Assembly: GCA_963422205.2 (NCBI GenBank)
Contig: CAXMWX010000011.1
Span: 96,001 to 160,000 of the forward strand
Reading direction: 5' to 3'
Length of the DNA stretch: 64,000 nucleotides
Source: Gammaproteobacteria bacterium
Lineage (GTDB): Bacteria > Pseudomonadota > Gammaproteobacteria > Eutrophobiales > Eutrophobiaceae
Shown here piece after piece: positions 38,816 through 47,651 of this stretch (the stretch's first letter is position 1; every line of letters begins with the position of its first letter). A model generated the notes under the pieces. It was not told the origin of the DNA. It did not search any database and worked only from the letters and a program-made list of their open reading frames with translations. The translations under genes were made by a program, and so were the position numbers.

Positions 38816-40079
38816 TCTGGCCATGCAGTTGCTTTAACTCATCAGCAATAATATCGATCCCGGCCGCCACTTCAGCATCGTGTTGTGCATAGCTTAGCCG
38901 GATACATTGCTGTTTGTGCGGCCAATCTGCTGTCAGGCCCGGGAAAAAATGCTCGCCAGCGATGATCAACACGCCGCGTACCTTTAATCGCTGATACAAC
39001 TCCCGGCTGCTGATGGGCAAGTCAGGCAGCCATAACCAGAGAAAAATCGCCCCTTCCGGTTCATGAATATAATAATTCAAACCGGCCAGCTTGCTGTGTA
39101 TCAGCGCCACAGTGCGTTGCATCTTGGCCTTGTAATAGGGCTGGATGATGGTTTTGCACAGGCGATTCATCTCATCGCAGGCCAGCAAGTCCAGGGCAAG
39201 TGCCGGGCCAACGTTACCCAGGGCCAGATTGATCACGCCGTTGATGTTGCCGATGGTACGGATGAACTCCGGCCGGGCCACGATGATACCGGTACGCATA
39301 CCCGGCAGCCCCAGTTTGGACAGGCTCATGGACAAGAGAATATTCTCATTCCAAATCGGCCTGGCACGGGTGAAGATAATGTTCGGAAACGGCATACCAT
39401 AGGCATGGTCAATGATTAACGGCACCTTATGTGCCCGCGCCAGGGCATCCAGCCTGGCAAGTTCCTCATCACTGACGACATTGCCGGTCGGGTTGGTTGG
39501 ACGGGAGAGGCAGATCGCCCCGATGTTGTTCGCGATTTGCAGATGGTCAAAATCGACATGGTACTTAAACAGCTTGTCCGGGCCAGTTCGAATCAGCGGA
39601 CGGCGGGCGGTAAACAGATCATCACACAGGCCAACATCAGCATAACCGATATACTCCGGTATCACTGGCAACAATATCTGTTTACGGCGGCCATCGCCAA
39701 ACTCGCCGGCCAACATATTAAACAGAATAAAAAAGGCCGACTGACTGCCGGCAGTCAAGGCGATATGATCGGCACTGATGCCCCAGCCGTATTGCCTGTT
39801 CAAGCTCTCTGCCAGGGCAGTGATAAACGCCTTATCACCCTGTGGCGGGCCGTAATGGCCGATCATGCGGGCGAAGCGCTCGGAATCGGTCACAATCCGT
39901 TGCATGGTGCGCTGAAAAACCGCCTGCACCTGTGGGATAGATGCTGGGTTACCGCCGCCCAGCATGGCGATTATTTGCTGACCGGCCTGTTGATCAGCCA
40001 TCGCATGGCCGAGATCTTCCATCAGGCGGACGATACCGGCATCCTCACTGAAACGATTGGCAAAATCAGACAAGATCAT
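38775..40079 (-). CDS. avtA: Valine--pyruvate aminotransferase
   Basis: LGGGNPA, GSQSAFF, SRPTNPTGNV, SLSKLGLPGMRTG, PEGAIFLWLW. Confidence 0.92.
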   Translation of the reverse strand: MILSDFANRFSEDAGIVRLMEDLGHAMADQQAGQQIIAMLGGGNPASIPQVQAVFQRTMQRIVTDSERFARMIGHYGPPQGDKAFITALAESLNRQYGWGISADHIALTAGSQSAFFILFNMLAGEFGDGRRKQILLPVIPEYIGYADVGLCDDLFTARRPLIRTGPDKLFKYHVDFDHLQIANNIGAICLSRPTNPTGNVVSDEELARLDALARAHKVPLIIDHAYGMPFPNIIFTRARPIWNENILLSMSLSKLGLPGMRTGIIVARPEFIRTIGNINGVINLALGNVGPALALDLLACDEMNRLCKTIIQPYYKAKMQRTVALIHSKLAGLNYYIHEPEGAIFLWLWLPDLPISSRELYQRLKVRGVLIIAGEHFFPGLTADWPHKQQCIRLSYAQHDAEVAAGIDIIADELKQLHGQITPASDQQAIGSP

Positions 40080-40116
40080 GCCGGTTTAATCTGCGGAATA
40101 CATCGTGGCTTGGGCA

Positions 40117-41268
40117 TCATCCTGCCAGTCTTTTGCCCGTCATCAACAAACACATCACGCGCTCGGCGGCATTGCTGAGATTATGTGTTGCCGAACCAAG
40201 CGCCTCCGGCAATGACATATCACGCGCCACGGCGGCCTCAATCGCATGGATGCCATGGGCAAAGACCAGGCGCGCATCGTCAGCCAGCCCGCCGCCAATC
40301 GCCACCACCGGCAGGGCGAACTCGGCGGCCAGACGGGCAACACCGGCCGGGGTTTTACCGCATACGGTCTGGGCATCGATGCGGCCCTCGGCGGTAATCA
40401 CCAGATCGGCCGACTTGAGATGTTGGCGTAATTCGGTCGCCTGCATCACGATATCAATACCGCTTTGCAAACGGGCCCCGGCAAAGGCCAGCAAGCCGGC
40501 CCCCAGGCCGCCAGCCGCACCTGCACCGGGGACATCCGCCACATCGATTTGCAAGTCCCGCCGGATGATGTCAGCCAGGCGATGCAACCCCTTATCTAGC
40601 GTCCTGACCATGGCGGGCGTTGCTCCTTTTTGGGGTCCGAACACATAGGCAGCCCCCCGCCGGCCATACAACGGATTATCGACATCACACGCCACCACCA
40701 GTTCGGCCTTGCCGAGTAACGGCTTAACAGCAGACATATCAATCCGCTCTATCTGCGCCAATGTCGCACCAGCAGCCGTGCGTCTGATCAGGCGCTGGTT
40801 TACATCATAGAAGCGAACGCCAAGCGCCTGTGCCATGCCGGTGCCGCCATCGTTGGTCGCCGACCCGCCCAGGCCCAGGATAATGCGCCTGGCCCCCCGC
40901 CTGAGCGCATCAGCAATCAACTCGCCCGTGCCATAACTGCTGGTACGCATGGGGTTGCGGTATCGCTTTCGTATCAGCGCCAAGCCGGAGGCCGCGGCCA
41001 TCTCGATTACCGCCGTGCCGGTATGTTTGATAAAGCCGTAGCGTGCCTGAATCTGCCGGCCGAGCGGGCCGGTGACGTTCACCTTGATAAAACGGCCGCC
41101 AGTGGCATCCACCAGCGACTGCACCGTCCCCTCGCCGCCATCCGCCAGAGGCACGATGGTACACCTGGCATCAGGCAGGATGCGTTTAATGCCGGTTTCA
41201 ATCGCTGTGCCTACCTGCAAGGCGGTCAGGCTTTCCTTGAATGAGTCGGGGGCGATGACGATTTTCAT
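40117..41268 (-). CDS. Glycerate kinase (GlxK/GarK family)
   Basis: MKIVIAPDSFKESL, ADGGEGT, GGSATNDGG, PGAGAAGGLG, TAEGRID. Confidence 0.93.
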   Translation of the reverse strand: MKIVIAPDSFKESLTALQVGTAIETGIKRILPDARCTIVPLADGGEGTVQSLVDATGGRFIKVNVTGPLGRQIQARYGFIKHTGTAVIEMAAASGLALIRKRYRNPMRTSSYGTGELIADALRRGARRIILGLGGSATNDGGTGMAQALGVRFYDVNQRLIRRTAAGATLAQIERIDMSAVKPLLGKAELVVACDVDNPLYGRRGAAYVFGPQKGATPAMVRTLDKGLHRLADIIRRDLQIDVADVPGAGAAGGLGAGLLAFAGARLQSGIDIVMQATELRQHLKSADLVITAEGRIDAQTVCGKTPAGVARLAAEFALPVVAIGGGLADDARLVFAHGIHAIEAAVARDMSLPEALGSATHNLSNAAERVMCLLMTGKRLAG

Positions 41269-41340
41269 GCAGCGAACCTGATAAATACCCACACAGTTTA
41301 CGTGATTGGAGGCGATGTTAAAACGCAAGATACAGCGGCG

Positions 41341-42333
41341 TTACTGCATCGCCAACTGTGCCAGCATAGCGGCAAACCCGCTGATCATGCGGGTCATGCT
41401 GACATAATCAAGGCGCTCGGCCACATCGCCAGCCGTGTGGTAGGCACTGTTCCTGAAGTCGGCTGTGTCCGTGACCATCACCGCCGGAAAACCATACTGC
41501 CAGTACGCATAATTATCCGAGCGCTGTATGTCCGGCACCAGCCGGGGCGGGGCAATCAAACCGGCCGAGCGTATAGTGGCCTGTTCTCTGAACAATTTTA
41601 TTGACCGGCGCAACAGCGGGCCGGAGTTAGGATTGCCAACGAAGGCGATAAAATTACCGGTATGGGGATACAGATGCCGGATGATCTTCGGGTAATGTTG
41701 TGTGTGCGGCTCATGCCGGTAGTAACCGATCATCTCCATGGAATACATGATCAGGATTTTATCTTGATGGCGACGAGCAAGTTGCGCGCTGACCATGCTG
41801 CCCATGGATGCGGTGGCAAAAAAAGGCGGCTCCTCGTTGGTAAAGGCGATCAGCCGGATCGTCCTGTCGTAGTGTTTGCCCTTCAGCAGCCGGGCCAGTT
41901 CAAGCAAGCCGGCTACCCCCGAGGCATTATCATCCGCACCAGGGGTCAGCCAGGCGGTGTCGTAATGCGCGCCGACAACGATCACCTCATCCGCCTTGTC
42001 GCCACCGGTGATCTCCACCATCAGGTTTTTATAGTGACCATCACCAAACACCTGCTCGGTCACAGCATAACCGGAGCGGGCCAGTTGCTCGCTGATATAA
42101 TCTGCCGCCTGTGTTAATTGCACTGGTCGCTTATGGTGACGTTCGCCTATCTGCTCGGCCAGCATACGCACATGCCGAACCAGGTTATCGTGCAATGCCT
42201 GTTGTGTTGCCGTTAAATCGGGCACATCGCCGGCGAATGTCGGCCCCGGCATACGAATGCAATAGCCGTAGATAAGCAGCAGGCAGAGCAGAACCATAGC
42301 AACGGCAGCAAGCATGAGACGGATCAACAGCAT
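41341..42333 (-). CDS. M28-family metallopeptidase
   Basis: [31 protein letters not shown]. Confidence 0.88.
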   Translation of the reverse strand: MLLIRLMLAAVAMVLLCLLLIYGYCIRMPGPTFAGDVPDLTATQQALHDNLVRHVRMLAEQIGERHHKRPVQLTQAADYISEQLARSGYAVTEQVFGDGHYKNLMVEITGGDKADEVIVVGAHYDTAWLTPGADDNASGVAGLLELARLLKGKHYDRTIRLIAFTNEEPPFFATASMGSMVSAQLARRHQDKILIMYSMEMIGYYRHEPHTQHYPKIIRHLYPHTGNFIAFVGNPNSGPLLRRSIKLFREQATIRSAGLIAPPRLVPDIQRSDNYAYWQYGFPAVMVTDTADFRNSAYHTAGDVAERLDYVSMTRMISGFAAMLAQLAMQ

Positions 42334-42336
42334 GGA

Positions 42337-42786
42337 TTAAAAATTGATGACCTTATCACCAATGCTGATCTGCTGCTTCGCCACCTGACCGGCGTTTAAT
42401 TCCAGCACAGCCAGCACCTTCTGCCCCGATGGCATGGCGGTGAGCGAATGCGGCACCGCCCCTTCTATGATCTTGACGATCACGCCACTGGCATCGATGT
42501 AGAGAATGTCCAGCGGCAGCCAGGTGTTCCTCATCCAGATACTGACCGGCTGGGGCTTAGGATAGCGCAGCAGCATCCCGTGGGCAGCAGGCAGAGATTT
42601 GCGATTCATCAGGCCCTGGCGCCGGCTGTCATCATCGGCGGCCACCTCAACGGTGTAGTCAATGACTCTGCCAGCGCTGATGATGCTGATGCTCGCCCTG
42701 CCAAACTCAACCGCCACCGCCTGACCGCCAACAAGAAAAAGCAGCCAGGCACCATAAAGCCGGTGGGTTTTATCGAACCACGACAT
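42337..42786 (-). CDS. DUF192-family exported protein
   Basis: VEVA...RRQGLMNR, WMRNTWLPLDI, VLELNAG. Confidence 0.88.
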   Translation of the reverse strand: MSWFDKTHRLYGAWLLFLVGGQAVAVEFGRASISIISAGRVIDYTVEVAADDDSRRQGLMNRKSLPAAHGMLLRYPKPQPVSIWMRNTWLPLDILYIDASGVIVKIIEGAVPHSLTAMPSGQKVLAVLELNAGQVAKQQISIGDKVINF

Positions 42787-42811
42787 GAAAAACAGACCGG
42801 AAGCCGGTTGT

Positions 42812-43804
42812 TCAACCCTGTTGCAGCAGGGTTTTCAAATCAATGACGGCGGCGTTGGCACGGGAGATATACGAGGCCATTACCAGCGAATGATTCGCCA
42901 GCAGCCCAAAGCCGGTGCCGTTGAGAATCACCGGACTCCACACCGTATCCTGGGTCGCCTCCAGCTCACGGATGATTTGTCGCAGGCTGACCAGCGCATT
43001 TTTCTTGATCAGCACCTGTTCAAAATCCACTTCCGCGGCGCGCAGAAAATGTATCAACGCCCAGGTCGCCCCGCGGGCCTCATAAAACACATCGTCAATC
43101 TCATACCAGGGTGTCTTGACATTGAGTTGCTGTGGCTTGGTGGTGGCTTGCTGGGCGGCGACATCGCCTTGCAGATCGGTGTTGATGCGCTGCTGACCGA
43201 CGCTGGCACTGAGGCGCTGGGACAGGCTGCCCAGCCGCTTCTCAACGATCGCCAGCCAATCGCGCAGATTATCTGCCCGGGAGTAAAACTGTGCGTCTTT
43301 CTCATCGGCATTGATCAGCCGCTGCTGGTAGCGTTCAAGCGCCTCAATGCCCTGACGGTATTCCCTCTCGCTCGCTGGCAATATCCAGGAGCTGTTATCG
43401 TAATGAAACTGCGGGTCGGCAATGCTCAGATCGACATCCTCGGTTGACTGGGTTTGCGAGCGGCTGAAGTCATTGCGGTAGGCCCTGGCGATGTCACGTA
43501 CCTGGGTGAGTACACCAAATTCCCAGGCAGGCAGGTTATCCATCAACACGCCGGGCGGGAAAATATCATTACTCAAATAACCGCCCCGCTTGTCCAGCAG
43601 GATCGTCATCACTTCAATCACCGTGGCGGTTGTCACATACCCGGTCACCGCCGGTTGATCGGCAGGCAAGGCCGCCAGCGCCTGCTGTTTGACATTGAAT
43701 GTGGCCGGCTCGCTGTCCCAAAGCCACATCAGTAACAGCATAATCAGGACACCGGCCAGGCTGACAAGACCCAGCAGTTTCAACAACGGCTTGGCAGTCA
43801 TCAT
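42812..43804 (-). CDS. DUF2333-family protein
   Basis: KRGGYLSND, DNLPAWEFG, FSRSQTQS, DDVFYEARG, ANHSLVMASYISRANAA. Confidence 0.85.
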   Translation of the reverse strand: MMTAKPLLKLLGLVSLAGVLIMLLLMWLWDSEPATFNVKQQALAALPADQPAVTGYVTTATVIEVMTILLDKRGGYLSNDIFPPGVLMDNLPAWEFGVLTQVRDIARAYRNDFSRSQTQSTEDVDLSIADPQFHYDNSSWILPASEREYRQGIEALERYQQRLINADEKDAQFYSRADNLRDWLAIVEKRLGSLSQRLSASVGQQRINTDLQGDVAAQQATTKPQQLNVKTPWYEIDDVFYEARGATWALIHFLRAAEVDFEQVLIKKNALVSLRQIIRELEATQDTVWSPVILNGTGFGLLANHSLVMASYISRANAAVIDLKTLLQQG

Positions 43805-43871
43805 GGAAATTTCGCGCATGATTATGTCTTTGTGGTGGTTAAACGGGCGGGGTTATCTGTGTGCTCATCAC

Positions 43872-44336
43872 TCACCCTATCTGCCGGTTATCCTCTTCGG
43901 TCTTTGTCGCCTTGCTGTAGCCGGTGTCCTGTCGGTTCATGTTGACCGCATGTTTCTGGCGATAAATGGCATACACCTCATCCGGCGTCAGCCCGGCGCT
44001 TAGCATGCACGATACCAGAAAATGCAGAATGTCGATCAACTCCACCCGAATGTTCTGCATATCCAGGGGATCCCTGCTCCACCACTTCCACGGCAACTCC
44101 TCCTGCAACTCGGCCACCTCAGCCTGCATCGCCCGGCAGTAATTCGCCAGCCAGCGAGCCGGCAAGTCATTGACCTGTAATTTATCCGCTTGTGCTGCAT
44201 CACAGATCGCCTGCATACTCAACACATTGCCAGCATCATCTGTGATGTTGTGGGTGCGAAAGACATGGTTATTCAAGTCGGCCTGCATGGCAAAGAGACG
44301 GCGCAGCATGTCATGGCTATTGTTATCAGTGTACAT
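43872..44336 (-). CDS. All-alpha dimeric dUTPase-like NTP pyrophosphatase
   Basis: AEVAELQEELPWKWW, RVELIDILHF, Y..KH.VN..RQ..GY motifs of the dUTPase_2 family. Confidence 0.8.
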   Translation of the reverse strand: MYTDNNSHDMLRRLFAMQADLNNHVFRTHNITDDAGNVLSMQAICDAAQADKLQVNDLPARWLANYCRAMQAEVAELQEELPWKWWSRDPLDMQNIRVELIDILHFLVSCMLSAGLTPDEVYAIYRQKHAVNMNRQDTGYSKATKTEEDNRQIG

Positions 44337-44481
44337 ATTCCGACCCTGTCCTGTATAATGGATGGATGATGGCGTGTGACAGTCCTGCATAATTCTCATA
44401 GACAGCAACACTGAGTAAGTTCAGTAAAATTATATCGCCATGCACACACGTTAAGCAATCTCACCTGATCAATGAGGCAAC

Positions 44482-45192
44482 ATGACCAAGACGGCATTCA
44501 TCACCGGTAACAGCAGCGGCCTGGGCGCCGCCCTCACACAGCACCACATACAGCAGGGCGATACGGTCTATGGTCTTAGCCGCCGCGGATCTCCACTGGA
44601 ACATCCTAAGTTGCACGATGTGCCGTGTGATCTGGCTGAACTGGAGACGATCGAACAGCACCTGTCCACCCTGCTGGGTGATTGTCAGCATCTGGATTAC
44701 GTCTACCTCAATGCAGGCATGCTCGGCCAGCTACAGGCCATCCATGAGGCCAGCATCACCCAGCTTAAAGCCATGCTGAACATTAACCTCTGGAGCAATA
44801 AGGTCATACTGGACTGGCTGCTCAAGGCAAACATCCATTGCGCTGTGATTATCGCCATCTCTTCCGGTGCAGCGAACAGCGGCAGTCGTGGCTGGTCGGG
44901 TTATGCGCTGTCCAAGGCCGGCCTGAATACCTTAATGCAGCTGTATGCCCACGAATGGCCTGACAGCCAGTTGATCGCCCTGGCGCCAGGTCTGATCGAC
45001 ACCGCCATGATGGACTACCTGAACGATGATCAGCAGATATCGGTGAGCGAATTTCCCGCCGTACAGCGCCTGCGTGATGCACGTGGCACGGAGGCCATGC
45101 AAACCACCACCGAAGCAGCGGCCAGAATCCATGCCTTCTGCCAGGAACTGCACGGCATAAAATCGGGCAGTTTTGTTGATATCAGGCAGTGA
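44482..45192 (+). CDS. Short-chain dehydrogenase/reductase (benzil/sepiapterin reductase-like)
   Basis: TGNSSGLG, LNAG, ISSGAA, YALSK, PGLIDTAM. Confidence 0.88.
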   Translation: MTKTAFITGNSSGLGAALTQHHIQQGDTVYGLSRRGSPLEHPKLHDVPCDLAELETIEQHLSTLLGDCQHLDYVYLNAGMLGQLQAIHEASITQLKAMLNINLWSNKVILDWLLKANIHCAVIIAISSGAANSGSRGWSGYALSKAGLNTLMQLYAHEWPDSQLIALAPGLIDTAMMDYLNDDQQISVSEFPAVQRLRDARGTEAMQTTTEAAARIHAFCQELHGIKSGSFVDIRQ

Positions 45193-45269
45193 CCCTGGCA
45201 ACACCTGGTCCTTGCAGATGCCAACCCTTAGGGTTAATTCTCCAAACCGATGGCAGATGAGAACACGCA

Positions 45270-45295
45270 CAGGTTAAATATCAGGTTAAATATCA
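45270..45295. repeat. 12-bp tandem duplication spanning the stop codon of the 45286-45852 gene
   Basis: caggttaaatat caggttaaatat ca. Confidence 0.8.
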
Positions 45296-45852
45296 AATTG
45301 TGGCTCGTCCAGCTTGTCCTTGTCACTCATGTCAACGGCACGCTTGGCGTTTTCCATGTATTCCCTGGCCCGAGAGGTTTTCCCCATCGTTGTGGCATCC
45401 CACTCCCAGAACATCGCCAGCTCGCCATTGACCAGCCCCCGGCCCGACAAGGTGGCGACATGGTCAATATATCCCTGCACCTGCTCATAGCGCTCGGCCA
45501 GTTTTTCAACATCGGTAAAGTTTTCCTTGGCAATCGCTTCTAAGGCAAATAACCTGTTATTCAGGGTGATAATGCAATGTGCTGCGCTGCGAAAACCGGC
45601 ATCGCTGACCAGACCGCCCAAGGCCATGAGAGAACCTGCAACCGGTATGACCGTGGCGGTAATCAAGGCATAAGGCACATTTTCGGTGTAGAGATAGACG
45701 ATGACACTGAGGGCGATGCTGACGATGAGTATGATGAGAGACGATATGATCGTATCACGCCGCCTGATCTCCTGCAGTTCCTTTTTAATCGCCACCTGCT
45801 CACTGGCTATCTCATCGGCTGAGGGTGGCGTCTTGTCGATATTAAAATTCAT
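45286..45852 (-). CDS. Hypothetical two-TM membrane protein
   Basis: 188-aa ORF with two hydrophobic segments; fills the intergenic space. Confidence 0.7.
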   Translation of the reverse strand: MNFNIDKTPPSADEIASEQVAIKKELQEIRRRDTIISSLIILIVSIALSVIVYLYTENVPYALITATVIPVAGSLMALGGLVSDAGFRSAAHCIITLNNRLFALEAIAKENFTDVEKLAERYEQVQGYIDHVATLSGRGLVNGELAMFWEWDATTMGKTSRAREYMENAKRAVDMSDKDKLDEPQFDI

Positions 45853-46155
45853 ACATTATCACCACAGCTAGTCAAACTCCCCACAGTCTGCCTCTTAATT
45901 ACTCCGATTATCATACGCTTTTCGAGGCAATAAAAGTAGCTGTCACACCGAAAAATCTGTGACTTTTTCAACCTATAAATGGCTTTTTTCACGCCCTCAA
46001 CTGCCGCAATAATATCAGAATTTCATTGCATATTTAGCGGCATCATTTTGATTTTCCATGAAAATTTGCCTGGCAATCAGATCAGCGCTGATTTTTCAGC
46101 CCGGCACAAACGCCCCTCACCCGCCTGGCACGGCAGTCATCGCCCTTGTCCCTGG

Positions 46156-47031
46156 CTACAAGATAGCTGTCATGGTGCTGATGCAGGCCGCATAATACGG
46201 CTGACCAAACAGATTCAGATGATTTAATTCATGATACAGGCGGTACAGAGAGAAACGCCGCTCGGCCTCGGCCTGGAACGGCCAGACCTCAGCATAGGCC
46301 GCCTCACAGCGCGGCCCGAAGCCGCCGAATAGCCGCATCATGCCAATCTCCGCTTCCCGCTGGCCGTAGTAACTGGCAGGATCAAACACCAACGGCCTGC
46401 CCTGCTCATCAGCCGCGGCATTACCCCGCCAGAGATCACCGTGTAACAACACCGGCGGCTCATCAAGATCCGCCAGCAGGGTATCCAGCCGGGCCATCAA
46501 CTGATCGCCCAGTTTTAACAAGGCATCATCAGAATCGGCCTGACGGGCAAATTGTTGCAGCTGCCATCCCAGCCGCTGATAACGCCAGAATGACAGCCAG
46601 TCGCTGCTCCAGGCGTTGGGTTGCACAGTCTCTCCCAGGTAGTTGTCCATCATAAAACCGAATTGCCCGGCCTGAGTCTTTTGATGCAGCAAGGCCAGCG
46701 TGCGGCCAAGCTGCTCGGCCCAATCCGCCGCCGCCTCACCAAACGCCAGTGCTTCCAGCACCAGAAAATCATCTGCCCGGACCACTGGCCGGGGTACCCG
46801 GATGATATTCGCCTCGGTAAACAGCGCCAATGCCTCAAATTCAGCAGCATACATACCGGGCAGACTGGCGATGCGGGGATGGGTCTTGACAAAATAGCGC
46901 CGCCCGTCATCCAGCGTGATGAGACGGCTATCATTGATACTGCCGCCATGACGGGGCTCGGCGCTTGCCAGCCTGGCCGGCTTGCCAGTGGCCTCGGTGA
47001 GCGCAGCTTCGAGTGTTTGCTGTAACGGCAT
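46156..47031 (-). CDS. Fructosamine-kinase-family protein
   Basis: GGSIN, YFVK, FGFMMDNYLG, LLHGDLWRGN, FDPASYYG, LYHELNHLNLFG. Confidence 0.92.
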   Translation of the reverse strand: MPLQQTLEAALTEATGKPARLASAEPRHGGSINDSRLITLDDGRRYFVKTHPRIASLPGMYAAEFEALALFTEANIIRVPRPVVRADDFLVLEALAFGEAAADWAEQLGRTLALLHQKTQAGQFGFMMDNYLGETVQPNAWSSDWLSFWRYQRLGWQLQQFARQADSDDALLKLGDQLMARLDTLLADLDEPPVLLHGDLWRGNAAADEQGRPLVFDPASYYGQREAEIGMMRLFGGFGPRCEAAYAEVWPFQAEAERRFSLYRLYHELNHLNLFGQPYYAACISTMTAIL

Positions 47032-47089
47032 ATTGCATCATACAGCCTTGACAAACGGCTTGCCCCGAACGACGTTGATTCTAACGGCG

Positions 47090-47584
47090 TTATTGATCCT
47101 GGCAACGTTGACAATAGGCGAGTATCCCCGGGCAGGCCTGCTCAATCATATCCAGCACGGCCACAAAACCCTCAGCCCCGCCGTAGTAAGGATCAGGCAC
47201 CGAGGGGGCACCATCATTGCCCTGCTGGCCGGGCAGGAAGCTCCCCAGCAGGCGAATATGCGCTTTTGTGCCGCCAGCCATCGCTTCCAGATAGCGCAGA
47301 TTATCGGTATCCATCGCCACCACCAGATCAAACGTCCTGACATCGTCCCGCATGACCTGTCGGGCGATTGAATCCAGGGTATACCCCCGGGCCGAGGCCG
47401 CCTCCTGCATGCGGTGATCTGCCGGGGCGCCGCAATGGTAGTCTGTCGTACCGGCAGAATCGATTCGGATCTGATCAGTGAGATGGCGCTCGGCGATATA
47501 GTGCTTGAAGATCCCCTCGCCTGCGGGCGAGCGGCAGATATTGCCCATACAGACAAACAACACGGCGATAGGATTCTCTGCCAT
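47090..47584 (-). CDS. Low-molecular-weight protein tyrosine phosphatase
   Basis: VCMGNICRSP, DSAGT, VPDPYYG. Confidence 0.93.
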   Translation of the reverse strand: MAENPIAVLFVCMGNICRSPAGEGIFKHYIAERHLTDQIRIDSAGTTDYHCGAPADHRMQEAASARGYTLDSIARQVMRDDVRTFDLVVAMDTDNLRYLEAMAGGTKAHIRLLGSFLPGQQGNDGAPSVPDPYYGGAEGFVAVLDMIEQACPGILAYCQRCQDQ

Positions 47585-47651
47585 CGTGATCCCCTGATAA
47601 TGCCCCTTATATGATAATCTCTAGCATGATAAAGACGATACGACTGGGGGG

